From the IMG/VR virus record IMGVR_UViG_3300028603_000018, positions 180,063 to 244,062 of that record: 64,000 nt of DNA; one strand, given 5' to 3'. The notes under the pieces were generated by a model, which was not told where the DNA came from, ran no database searches, and saw only the letters and a program-made list of their open reading frames with translations. The DNA is from a virus (Duplodnaviria > Caudoviricetes). The position numbers and the translations under genes are program-made. Shown here piece by piece: positions 29,428 to 39,254 of the stretch (positions are counted from its first letter, which is position 1; every line of letters begins with the position of its first letter).

Positions 29428-32352
29428 TTAGACTAGTTTATGACGAATAAAGTTAACACTAACGTCTTCCTCAACAATAAGAATACCATCAGCACGAGCT
29501 ACTAAACGTTTTCTTAAAGAGAGTCGGTCTGTTAAGTTAATAATAGTTACCATAGGAAAATCATTACTCCAACCGCCTAAACCAGTGATCTTAACATCCA
29601 TAACATCATTACCATACAATGCTTTTAATTCAACAATCATATCACTAATAGAAACAACAGCATTTGTTAAGTAATCATTAAGTGCTTGAATAGTCACTCT
29701 AGTTAACTGTTGTTTTAGTGCTTCATCATCATCGACTTTATCAGAGATGTGTAACTCTACATTAAAAGCTTGTTGAGCAGGTAAACTCGTTGTTAAACCA
29801 GCTCCATACATGATCTCAACAGGACCTGTAGTTGTCTTCGGATAAAAGAAGATTTTAGTCTTCTCTAATAAAGTAGGTGTTAATGATTTAATATCATTAA
29901 TAATCCAATTGATAATTAAATCAACTAACTCTTTACGATAATCAATAATGATCTTATCTGTACTAAAGAAGTACACACCATCGACCATCATAAAATCCAC
30001 TTGTCTATAAACACGACGAGGTGAAATAACAACAGGTTCTCCAGTTACTTCATCAATAACTGTACTACCTGCTAAATGTCGATAAATAGGATTTCCTTGA
30101 CCATCTAATTGAGGATCTCCCTTATGATGAAGAATGTTAAAATAAGGTTTACCGTCGTTATCGAATAATATATTCGTTCCATCAGGCCCTTTTTCATAAA
30201 CATCCTCTAAGTAATAAGCAGGGACATCAAAAGGATAAGTCTCATAGCGTTCAGTACCTGGAATAGTTCTAGCTCTAATCCATAATTCTTTTAATGCATC
30301 ACCAAACTTTAGACGAATCTTCTCAACACTGATAGCGGCAATACGATTAGGTAATAAGAACTTACCTAAATAGCTATCAGCTTCATTAGTCCTCCATTGA
30401 GAACCTAATGTCGCACTTGTTGAGAAAGTAATAACAAAATCATTAAGTAGAGCAGTCTCAGTTAAACGAGGTGTTTGCTCAAACATAAAGAATTCTGTTA
30501 GCTCTAACCCATCTCTTCGTGTAACGTTAAAGTTAGAGGATAAATCAAATCGATAAACTCTTGAACCTTCATCTGTCTTACCAATTAACTCACCATTTTG
30601 ATAAGCATAAGAAATCTCACCAATAGGTCTAAAAGAAATCTGAGCATGAACTTCATTATCATTAAGAAGTTTTAAATCATCAGTTTCAGTAGTAGTGACT
30701 TCTAATTGATATCCAGAACTAGTCTTTAAGAACCGATAAGAAGAAATGGTAGAAGAAAGTAAAGTAAGGTCATTCTCAGCAATGAAAGATTTACTTTGAG
30801 CCTCAGGAGCATCTAATCGATACACTCGTGCATCAAACTCAGACTCCAGCATTTCCATAACGTAATAGAAAGGTGTATAGAAGTAATTACCACCCGTTAC
30901 TTGAGAAGCTTGTTGGTCTATAGGGAGAGCTTTAATTGCATCGATATTACTCTTAGGAACTAGATATGTCCTACCATTTCTATTTTGAAATAAAGTCTCT
31001 GGAGTAAAAGTAATACTTTCCCCATTATCAATAACTGTTCCAATATCAATAGCATCAATAGCATTAAAGAGAACAGATTGAATAGATAAACTAGCTGCTG
31101 TAATTAATTGATTATTAGTTGGATCAGGTAATTGTTTAGTAGCTAGATAAATTCGATTAGTGATATTATCTACGTTCTTTACAATATCAAAATCTTGATC
31201 TGCTAAAATAGTCTCAATCTGATCAGGCGTAATAGCAGGAACTCTAGGACCCATCGTATTGTAAATAACACGCCGTCTTAGTTCTTCTAAGTCTAAACTA
31301 TTTCTGCCGCCATTGATAGTATCATTAGACCATACTTGGACATCTTCTAAATGAGAGAGGTTCTTTGTATAGACACTCTGACCAATATTATCAATAGTAG
31401 ACCAGCTAAAATTAAAAGCAGTAGAATTTAAGTTAGCTAGATCAAGACTAACATGTCCTTTAGTCGTATAGACATCAATTCTTACTTTACCTACTAAATT
31501 AAACCTATTGATGTAGATAATAGGAATATGGACTTGTACACTTTGTTCTAAGACTTTTACAGCAGCTGTAATAGTATCAGGGTTATAGACTAAGTCAGTG
31601 TGAGTAACTGCGATTTCTTCCCAGAGATCGGTATTACCTACAGTTTCCGATCTAGAGATATAAACTCTTACGAAATAAAAGTCATCTTGAAAGTTAACAG
31701 TAGTAAATAAAGGAGAGGTGGGACTAAAATCGGCTTTTTGTGAAGTGATCTCATATTGGAAAGTATCAAACTCCATAACAAACCAATCTGTATTATCTAA
31801 AGTGATAATATTAAAAGGAATTAAGTTTGTCTCAACATCACCAATAGGACTACCTTCATTAACATCCCATACAACAGTTAATCCACCATGATTCATCTCC
31901 CTGATCTCAATGGGATAAATAGTACTGAATACTAAATCCCCTGGACCAAATCGACTATTACGAGGAATAACAATTTTCTTGTATCCTCTATCTGGTACAG
32001 CTACTAAGTTATTAATTAAATCATCATAATGGATCTTTAATTGAAACTTAGCCTTAGAGGGTAGAGCAAAGCGACCAATATAGTCCTGATCACTCATATG
32101 TAAATATAAGTCATCAGCTTGTCTTGCATTAACAGGATAGAGCTTACGATAAGAACTCTCAAACCCATTTAAAAGAGAACTAATTCCACTAGCACTTACT
32201 TCTTGTAATTGCACCATCGGGTTAGAAGGATCGTATACGTTTAATTCTCCTCCATTAATTTCCCGTAGTAGTCGTAAATTAATTCTTTGAATTGCTGAAG
32301 GATTATTAATAACCCTTTTTAATGCTTCTTTATAAGCAGTAACTTGACTCAT
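29428..32352 (-). CDS. Virion structural protein, probably baseplate (phiKZ gp87-like)
   Basis: 974 aa beta-rich protein. The GG.......ELR.R segment is typical of baseplate wedge proteins. Syntenic position. Confidence 0.7.
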   Translation of the reverse strand: MSQVTAYKEALKRVINNPSAIQRINLRLLREINGGELNVYDPSNPMVQLQEVSASGISSLLNGFESSYRKLYPVNARQADDLYLHMSDQDYIGRFALPSKAKFQLKIHYDDLINNLVAVPDRGYKKIVIPRNSRFGPGDLVFSTIYPIEIREMNHGGLTVVWDVNEGSPIGDVETNLIPFNIITLDNTDWFVMEFDTFQYEITSQKADFSPTSPLFTTVNFQDDFYFVRVYISRSETVGNTDLWEEIAVTHTDLVYNPDTITAAVKVLEQSVQVHIPIIYINRFNLVGKVRIDVYTTKGHVSLDLANLNSTAFNFSWSTIDNIGQSVYTKNLSHLEDVQVWSNDTINGGRNSLDLEELRRRVIYNTMGPRVPAITPDQIETILADQDFDIVKNVDNITNRIYLATKQLPDPTNNQLITAASLSIQSVLFNAIDAIDIGTVIDNGESITFTPETLFQNRNGRTYLVPKSNIDAIKALPIDQQASQVTGGNYFYTPFYYVMEMLESEFDARVYRLDAPEAQSKSFIAENDLTLLSSTISSYRFLKTSSGYQLEVTTTETDDLKLLNDNEVHAQISFRPIGEISYAYQNGELIGKTDEGSRVYRFDLSSNFNVTRRDGLELTEFFMFEQTPRLTETALLNDFVITFSTSATLGSQWRTNEADSYLGKFLLPNRIAAISVEKIRLKFGDALKELWIRARTIPGTERYETYPFDVPAYYLEDVYEKGPDGTNILFDNDGKPYFNILHHKGDPQLDGQGNPIYRHLAGSTVIDEVTGEPVVISPRRVYRQVDFMMVDGVYFFSTDKIIIDYRKELVDLIINWIINDIKSLTPTLLEKTKIFFYPKTTTGPVEIMYGAGLTTSLPAQQAFNVELHISDKVDDDEALKQQLTRVTIQALNDYLTNAVVSISDMIVELKALYGNDVMDVKITGLGGWSNDFPMVTIINLTDRLSLRKRLVARADGILIVEEDVSVNFIRHKLV

Positions 32353-32364
32353 TTTCCTTTATTC

Positions 32365-33453
32365 CTAAATATTATCCCAGTATGCTTCGCCAGCAGGATC
32401 AACTTCTCTTGCTAAGTCCCTAGGGATAACAGCATAGAAAAGACGTTTATCAACCCACCACTCAAAACTACCATCAGCAGGATTGATACGAGGATAACCA
32501 TATCCATTTAATAAGTTTAATGCCCAATCTGGAATAGTTCTAAATACCTGTTCTCGACGATCATCTCGCATTGCACTATTAAAGAAGATAACTGTCGCAT
32601 TGAACTCATCAAATAAAATAGGATCATTATAAGTTAGACCATTTGTCCTGAATGTGATATTGATCATATCGTTTTCTCGACTAAATGGTTGTCCTACTTC
32701 AAAGTTACCTCGCTGACCCATAGGTGATGATAACGGGAAAGCAGCATCAGCACTTAAGATACTCCTGACCATTCTTTTATTCTGATCTAAAGTAACACGA
32801 TAGATACGAGTCATGTAGTCAATTTCATGCTCCCACCAGTATAATGGATAAGGAACTAATCGATCCTCAAAGACTAGCATCGCATACAAAATCCAGTAAT
32901 AAAAGAGGTCAGTAATTGGGTCACCTAATATATTTCTAAAGGTACAGTTTATATCGTATGTTCCATTGAGGTTTAAAGGACCGTCAATAAAACTAAAAGC
33001 TTCCTTATACTGTCCTTCAGGAGAAGTGTAAGTAGGTGCTACTGCATCAGGCCATCCAGATGAACTTTGTATAAAATTAGTTAAGATAGGGATGAATGCT
33101 TGATAGTTATCTAGTAAAGGACAATCCACATTACTAGAGATTAAATTATTATCAAAAACAGTTCTGATATATCTAGAATAACTAGTGGGTTCTTTGGTAA
33201 GCAATAGAGATAATCGTCTATCGATTCTTAAATTCTCCATTGTCATATTCATCAGTGGACGAGTAAAGAAGGTATAACCAATTTGGTCCTTATTCATTGG
33301 AATAAGACCAGGCTGCTGACGATGGTTTATACCAAAGAAGGCTCGCGCTGCTCCACTTGATATATTACCTATTGCAGTATTACTGGTAACTCTTTCAATA
33401 GCTTCTTTACTTTTTCTTTGGTTATGCCAATATAAATCTTCATTTGTTGCCAT
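32365..33453 (-). CDS. Virion structural protein (phiKZ gp88-like, tail/baseplate)
   Basis: GYTFFTRP.MN and IDY.TRIYR motifs, synteny. Confidence 0.7.
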   Translation of the reverse strand: MATNEDLYWHNQRKSKEAIERVTSNTAIGNISSGAARAFFGINHRQQPGLIPMNKDQIGYTFFTRPLMNMTMENLRIDRRLSLLLTKEPTSYSRYIRTVFDNNLISSNVDCPLLDNYQAFIPILTNFIQSSSGWPDAVAPTYTSPEGQYKEAFSFIDGPLNLNGTYDINCTFRNILGDPITDLFYYWILYAMLVFEDRLVPYPLYWWEHEIDYMTRIYRVTLDQNKRMVRSILSADAAFPLSSPMGQRGNFEVGQPFSRENDMINITFRTNGLTYNDPILFDEFNATVIFFNSAMRDDRREQVFRTIPDWALNLLNGYGYPRINPADGSFEWWVDKRLFYAVIPRDLAREVDPAGEAYWDNI

Positions 33454-33525
33454 GGTTGTTAAAACCTCAATAACCTTTCTTTATTTTACTATAAGTTTAT
33501 AAAACTTAAAAAAGGATTTTTTTGT

Positions 33526-34644
33526 ATGAAAGCCAATTTAGCTTTTTCACTGATTGGAGCAGCCGCAGTCGGATTAAGTAATCTTATTGCCGCAGCAGCT
33601 AAGCCACAAAGTTTAATGAAGCGGGCTGCTATAGCTCGGTTAGAACCTAATGCTATCATTGATGAGAGATGTTTACTGTATCCAAATTTAAACGATGTAC
33701 TTAGCGTAACGACTAACGTATTCATCGCTACTTATCTGCAATTGATCTCTCTAAGCAGAACCACCAGTGATGGTACTCAAATCATTAAACGAGTCAGTCT
33801 ACAGGATACGCGGTTAGGTGGTGAGAGTTACCTTTCTTCTATGCTTAGTATTGAGGCGGCAGAACAACCAAATGTCATTGGTATCCTAGATGAAATTACT
33901 GAGTTCAAAGATATTCATGAAGATGCATTACCAGCAGAAGACTACTACTCTCAAGAGAGTCAAGTAAACCGTAAACTCATCGAAGGTCTAAATGACAGTG
34001 GTTCATTAGCTGTTGGTCGATTCATTGAAGTAGAAATCGAAAAAGGTGCTGATGGAAAACCAGTTACTGTAGAGATTGCTGTTCGTATGATGTCAACCAT
34101 TGCTAATACGAATATCTTAAAGAATGCTCTAGAATCTCGGTTCAAAGGTAATGAAGGTCCGCTTGAAAGAAAACATGGCTGGAAAACAGGTCGTCTTTCC
34201 TTTATCTCTGATTTAGTATTTGGAAGTGATTTAATTCGCAAGCATCGTAATCTTCAAATGAAAGATGTCGATGGTATCTATAGCAAGCTTAGTCCGAATA
34301 AGATGCGTGGTAAAACAGGATGGGATGTTGTAACAGGTAAGTTCTCTATTGCAGAAGCTTCTTCAGTACTTGTTTTAGATCAAGAAACAGTTGATGAAGT
34401 CGAATACGCTATGGGTGGTAAGTTTAGTAACAAAACCTTCCGTGATCGTCTCCTTGAAGCAACAGGTGTCATGACCTTAGCTATCATTGATAGGGGTGAT
34501 GATATGGTTACGTTCTATTATGATTCTATTGCCGATGGCACTCGTTTGAACTCTGCTGCTCTTCGGTCAGCAGGTAAGAAAGACGGTCCTGATGTAGGTA
34601 AGATCCTAGAACAGTTTATTGCTCAAGGTCAAGTACGTTTTTAA
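33526..34644 (+). CDS. Inner head protein (phiKZ gp89-like)
   Basis: ARLEP, LAVGR.IEV and FISDLVF.SDLI motifs; SIE and SQE sites; synteny. Confidence 0.7.
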   Translation: MKANLAFSLIGAAAVGLSNLIAAAAKPQSLMKRAAIARLEPNAIIDERCLLYPNLNDVLSVTTNVFIATYLQLISLSRTTSDGTQIIKRVSLQDTRLGGESYLSSMLSIEAAEQPNVIGILDEITEFKDIHEDALPAEDYYSQESQVNRKLIEGLNDSGSLAVGRFIEVEIEKGADGKPVTVEIAVRMMSTIANTNILKNALESRFKGNEGPLERKHGWKTGRLSFISDLVFGSDLIRKHRNLQMKDVDGIYSKLSPNKMRGKTGWDVVTGKFSIAEASSVLVLDQETVDEVEYAMGGKFSNKTFRDRLLEATGVMTLAIIDRGDDMVTFYYDSIADGTRLNSAALRSAGKKDGPDVGKILEQFIAQGQVRF

Positions 34645-34664
34645 TTGATAAAAAGGAATATTAG

Positions 34665-35576
34665 ATGGACCCCTTAGTTGCTTATAAAGAAAAGCTATTA
34701 CCTATTCTGAAGAAGACGGATTTACTTGATGACGTAGATCGTATCCGTACGGAATACACGAAATACCTTATTCCTGAATTAGAGCGTAATGCTACTGTTG
34801 TAAACAAACCTAAAGATAAAGATATCGAAAGAATGTTCGATACGATTCATCGAATTGGAAAGATCTCTCGTCGAGATAATGCTTTATCTGGTTTAAGTGA
34901 ATCTTTTAAGAATACTGTAGAGAGCTTAGATAAAGTTCAAGACGTTATTAAAAAAGAATTTACTGGCGAACAAATTGCTACTGATGTATTGACTTATCGA
35001 CAAGTTGCTTTAATCCGATATGTTGAGATCAGTAACTTTGTACTGAATTATTCATTACGTCTGTTACGGTTCATTTTATCAAAAGAACTCGATGCAGCTG
35101 GTCAAAAGGGTAATGATTCTATCACACCTAATGAACGGACTAGTTTAAATAACAACTTCGTCAATTATGCTAGTGCATTACCAATCGTTACTTTAAACGC
35201 TAGTCAAATCGACAAGACATTAAAAGAAACGCCTTCTGTTGTGATTGATGAAGCAGCAAGTGATGTACTGTCTTTCCATACTGCTGGTAAAGCTGATCCA
35301 ACTAAAGCTGGTTTAGTCGCTACTGATTGGAATCCTCTTTATCATTCTAATTGGAATCCTATCTATCGTACTCGTTTACTCATTGCTGAGTGGCAAGCTA
35401 AAGAATATAGGAAGATTGTAGAAGAACTTAAGATGTTTGAGGTTCAGCGTCTACGTATTGAGAATGCTCGTCAAGGTAGAGCTGATCCTATTTTAGATAA
35501 ACGAGCAGAAGAGTTAGGTGGTATTATTAATGATCTCCAGTACGAGATCAATAGGATGGAGAAAAACTATGCTTAA
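34665..35576 (+). CDS. Inner head protein (phiKZ gp90-like)
   Basis: WNPIY..RL..AEWQ motif with a C-terminal coiled coil; synteny. Confidence 0.7.
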   Translation: MDPLVAYKEKLLPILKKTDLLDDVDRIRTEYTKYLIPELERNATVVNKPKDKDIERMFDTIHRIGKISRRDNALSGLSESFKNTVESLDKVQDVIKKEFTGEQIATDVLTYRQVALIRYVEISNFVLNYSLRLLRFILSKELDAAGQKGNDSITPNERTSLNNNFVNYASALPIVTLNASQIDKTLKETPSVVIDEAASDVLSFHTAGKADPTKAGLVATDWNPLYHSNWNPIYRTRLLIAEWQAKEYRKIVEELKMFEVQRLRIENARQGRADPILDKRAEELGGIINDLQYEINRMEKNYA

Positions 35577-36204
35577 CTCCACTCGATCAGTTCAGGTTTA
35601 TCCCAGAGGTTTTCTAGGTAAGCCTATTGACAGAGTAGAAGAAGCACCTAAGTTTGCGATGCGGAGTCCGAATTTAATGTTTGGATTTAGCTTGGTGTCA
35701 GGAATGAATGAGCGTCGTAAAGGTAGTCCTGAAGTGGATGAACTCCATCAGCAATATTTAGGTAACCTTAAATATGCTACTAACTTCGATTGCTTTAAAG
35801 ATCTACTTGTTGAATTCTTATCTGTCTTTACAACAAATCAGTTTGGACAATGGTTATTCATGCAAAGAGAAAGTCCTGTATACACCCCTTTGCATGAGCG
35901 CTTTCTGATCGATACTTGTAACTATTTACTAACAGGTCAAAGAAAGCTGAGTGTTTATAATTGGGAAGGTATGTTTAAACATAACTACCAACCCGGTAGT
36001 GAGACCTATGGTGGTCGGCATACGGAGACAAACGTACCATTAGAGCTAAATAAAACAGATCGCTTATTAGCAACTGATTTATTTAAACGTTTTGAAAATG
36101 CTTCTCTAGGTGATGTCTTTCAATACTGGGTGTCTAAACCTAATGGCTTAGATGACTTAATGACTTCTCTGTTTATCTTCTTCGGTTCTAGTATTGATAA
36201 TTAG
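35569..36204 (+). CDS. Virion-associated protein (phiKZ gp91-like)
   Basis: ATG 35569 overlaps the upstream stop and has SD GGAG, so it is preferred over 35518. VYPRGF motif. Confidence 0.65.
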   Translation: MLNSTRSVQVYPRGFLGKPIDRVEEAPKFAMRSPNLMFGFSLVSGMNERRKGSPEVDELHQQYLGNLKYATNFDCFKDLLVEFLSVFTTNQFGQWLFMQRESPVYTPLHERFLIDTCNYLLTGQRKLSVYNWEGMFKHNYQPGSETYGGRHTETNVPLELNKTDRLLATDLFKRFENASLGDVFQYWVSKPNGLDDLMTSLFIFFGSSIDN

Positions 36205-36275
36205 TAATAGAGGGAATATGTTAAAAGCATATTCCCTCTTTTCGCTATTAAGTCAAGTCTTAAGGTTTTTATAAC

Positions 36276-37256
36276 ATGTCAACAAAAATTATAGATTTAA
36301 TTAATGCAACTGACCCTGCTGACTTCCTAGGTAGAGCTAAGGAGGCATTACCTAATAGAATCTTTCCTTCTCAAGAATCTTTAGAAACTCAATCTTTCTT
36401 TAGCCAGATCTTCATGGATTCAATTAAAAAGGAAGCTTTTCTCTCCTTTTTAAAGTCATTAAGAAGTAAGGATATTAGTACTACATCCAACATTAAAAAT
36501 AATATCGCTGAAATTAAAAAGAACATCTCTAAACTAAAAGCCTATCGAGAAAAGAATGCTTTTAGTCTCATGGATTATGAAGATATTGTTATTCCTTTAG
36601 AATACCTACAGACAGTTTTTGCTCCAGTAAGCCGATATCCATTAATCGATGTCGTGACTAATACTCTATGTGTTATTGAATCCATCTCTTCTCTTTTCTC
36701 TAGAGAAGCAGTTCGTGGAAAAGAAGATGGTAAGTTCTATCCAGTTAATTGTGATGATGTAACGACTTATTTACCTGTTAAGCAATTGATCGAACCAGTA
36801 GGTATTGAGAAGTGGAAAGAAGTCGGTATTGATACTGTTGCACTAGAAGATGCTTTTTGTAAATACATTGCTATTTGGACAAGTAATAGTGATGTGAATT
36901 TAACTATTGCTGAAAAAGTAATTGATGACTTAGAAGACTTACCAGTTATTAGTACTTCTGATTGGTCTGATCTTGATACTCTTTTACGAGACAGTGAGCT
37001 TACAGATAAGCTAGACGCTCTTTTAGCGCAATTAGAAGAATACCTACAATCTAATTTTGATTGGATGGATGTTGTTACTAACGTATTAAATAGTACAGAT
37101 GAGCAATCTAGTTTAGTTAATTTAGTTCGTATTACTGATAGCTTATATCAAAACTGGAGAAATCTCCATTACTCTTTTGAAGGTTTAAGTACCTTACTAA
37201 GTTGTTTTATAACCGCGCTCGTGTATTGTACTGAACAGTTCAAAAAACCCGTTTAA
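36276..37256 (+). CDS. Head protein
   Basis: PSQESLE protease-type sites near the N-terminus. Confidence 0.7.
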   Translation: MSTKIIDLINATDPADFLGRAKEALPNRIFPSQESLETQSFFSQIFMDSIKKEAFLSFLKSLRSKDISTTSNIKNNIAEIKKNISKLKAYREKNAFSLMDYEDIVIPLEYLQTVFAPVSRYPLIDVVTNTLCVIESISSLFSREAVRGKEDGKFYPVNCDDVTTYLPVKQLIEPVGIEKWKEVGIDTVALEDAFCKYIAIWTSNSDVNLTIAEKVIDDLEDLPVISTSDWSDLDTLLRDSELTDKLDALLAQLEEYLQSNFDWMDVVTNVLNSTDEQSSLVNLVRITDSLYQNWRNLHYSFEGLSTLLSCFITALVYCTEQFKKPV

Positions 37257-37281
37257 CTAAAAAGGAAATAGGTTAAGATCT

Positions 37282-39180
37282 ATGTCAGTAAAATTAGATG
37301 ATTTACTGATGAAGTACTATGAAGGGGAGAATACGAGTTCTAGTACAACATCGAGTAATAGAGATTCCATTATTAATGCAGTTAATCAAAAAGGAGATAG
37401 TAATGCTATCGCTGAGCAAAATTCTGAACAAAGTAACACTGGGTCTGTGGTCGGTGAACAAGGAAGCCTCGCCCCTTCAGAAAACCCAGGAGACGCAGAA
37501 TCCGTTATCGACAACCTCATCGACGAAGAACAGCCTGGATCTGGGTCGGGTACTGAACCCAGCGTTCCAAGCACCAGTGGCTCAACCGACAGTAGCGTCG
37601 GAACCGACATCCCAAGTGAAGACAGTGGAGAAGACAATACCGTCGGAGAAGGAGGAAGTCAGTCAGGAGAAGAAACTGGAAACAGTGATCAAGTCAGTAG
37701 TGGAGCAGGAGGCATCAGTCCCCCAGCCCCAGAAGGCAACGAACAAGGATCTACTCCAGAAGAAGTTGGAAGTGATTCAGGAAGCAACTCCTACGAAGAA
37801 GACCACTCCGAAGAAGTCATCGTCAGCCAAGACGACTTCGAAGAAAGCTCCAGCGAAGAAAACAGCAGTCAAAGTAGCGACCAAGTCAGTGGCGAAGAAG
37901 GTAGTGAAGACTTCGACACCGAAGAAAGCGGTGAAGAAGACCTCAGTGAAAACAGTAGCGAAGTAAATGCTGTAGAAGAGGAAACTGAGCAAGCTATTGA
38001 GGAAGAAGTCATTGATGCTCAAGAAGTAGCGCAAGATGTCTTAGCTGAAGCAGGTGATCCTAGTGCTATTGAAGAAGAGGAAAGTCAAGTAGAAGAATCT
38101 GATACAGGGGAAGATTCTAAAGTAGCAGAAACCTCTGAAGAGATTCTTAATACGAAAGCTAATGATAATGATGTCGATAATCTAACAGGCTTACATAAAG
38201 ACGCTGGGATTATTAAACGTGCCTATGAGCTAGATTCTAGAATTGGTGATTATGCTAGGATTATCTTAGACCGTTTTCCATCTGATACAAGTACTGAGAA
38301 TGTAGATGAGTCTTTTCTCGTTATTAGTAGTATTACTTTAGAAACACTAAGTGATGCAGGTAAAGCACTAGTAGGTGATGAATTTGATATTGAACAAGAT
38401 AACATTGTTCAAGAAGCTATTATTCAATCTAAAACTAATCTACTACAATCATTAGACGATAGTATCGCAGTCTTAGCGACTTCTATTGATATTGGTAACA
38501 GAACATTAGAGAAGATTAAAAATAGCGCTTCACAATACCAAAGTGCAGCAACAGAGATTACTTCTCCTCTAGCTCAAAAACTCGTCTCTCTTCTTGGAAT
38601 ACAGGGGGAGTTGGATGCTAATAAGCTAGCGTACTCATCTGTTACTAATGGTGTGGTTGCCGATGTATTTTCTTGGATTAATAAAGATTATACAGTCATG
38701 CTTAAGAATCTAGAAACTGAAGGTGTAAGTAGTGTTGCTCCTCTGGTGCTAAATTCCTTACCTAAGTTTAATATGGCTGATGATTCTGACATCTTAGCTA
38801 GCTCAGAGCTACTTCCTGGTAATCGAGTTATTCAACAAATTGGTAATAAGAGTAATAGTCAAGCAATTATAGATGTCCATAATGAAAGAAGGGATGCATC
38901 GTCTGTAACTGTACCAGGTCAATCTCAATTAGAAAGTATTATTGCTGAAATTGGTGTTGTTACTCGTACAGCTACTATATTCTCTAATAAGCTCAATGGG
39001 TTTAAAGAATCTCTTGAGATCTTTTTTAACTGGTATGAAAAAGATAATACTGGTGAAGTAACGATTAATGGTAGTGGTAATTTAATCAATGCTGTTAGTT
39101 TCATTTTAGCTTTTAGTAATTACCTTTCTAATTACTTACGTGGTTTATCTGCTTATGCTTTACTTCCTGTTGAAGTTTAA
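37282..39180 (+). CDS. Internal head protein (gp93-97-like family) with a very long acidic propeptide
   Basis: About 300 aa E/S/G-rich N-terminal region. The C-terminal domain has the SELLPGNR family motif. Confidence 0.75.
   Translation: MSVKLDDLLMKYYEGENTSSSTTSSNRDSIINAVNQKGDSNAIAEQNSEQSNTGSVVGEQGSLAPSENPGDAESVIDNLIDEEQPGSGSGTEPSVPSTSGSTDSSVGTDIPSEDSGEDNTVGEGGSQSGEETGNSDQVSSGAGGISPPAPEGNEQGSTPEEVGSDSGSNSYEEDHSEEVIVSQDDFEESSSEENSSQSSDQVSGEEGSEDFDTEESGEEDLSENSSEVNAVEEETEQAIEEEVIDAQEVAQDVLAEAGDPSAIEEEESQVEESDTGEDSKVAETSEEILNTKANDNDVDNLTGLHKDAGIIKRAYELDSRIGDYARIILDRFPSDTSTENVDESFLVISSITLETLSDAGKALVGDEFDIEQDNIVQEAIIQSKTNLLQSLDDSIAVLATSIDIGNRTLEKIKNSASQYQSAATEITSPLAQKLVSLLGIQGELDANKLAYSSVTNGVVADVFSWINKDYTVMLKNLETEGVSSVAPLVLNSLPKFNMADDSDILASSELLPGNRVIQQIGNKSNSQAIIDVHNERRDASSVTVPGQSQLESIIAEIGVVTRTATIFSNKLNGFKESLEIFFNWYEKDNTGEVTINGSGNLINAVSFILAFSNYLSNYLRGLSAYALLPVEV
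37403..37966 (+). CDS. Overprinted histone-H1/Hc2-like lysine-rich protein (187 aa) in the +1 frame
   Basis: SD AAGGAG at 37391-37396 and ATG at 37403. The last 60 aa contain 20 Lys and no acidic residue. Host-frame synonymous codons are skewed only within the overlap. Confidence 0.7.
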   Translation: MLSLSKILNKVTLGLWSVNKEASPLQKTQETQNPLSTTSSTKNSLDLGRVLNPAFQAPVAQPTVASEPTSQVKTVEKTIPSEKEEVSQEKKLETVIKSVVEQEASVPQPQKATNKDLLQKKLEVIQEATPTKKTTPKKSSSAKTTSKKAPAKKTAVKVATKSVAKKVVKTSTPKKAVKKTSVKTVAK

Positions 39181-39254
39181 GTGATAGATGTTTTAATAGT
39201 CTCAGTAGTCTTATATTTACTGCTGAGACTACTTCTTCTTAATTATGCTGAAAA

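Noticed and set aside
37319-37402. Upstream ATG 37319 as the start of the overprinted ORF
   Set aside because: No good SD and no codon skew in this part. ATG 37403 has a strong SD. A longer form cannot be fully excluded.
37386-38034. Minus-strand ORFs 37386-37637 and 37777-38034
   Set aside because: Antisense shadows of the low-complexity dual-coding region, with no SD or recognisable product.
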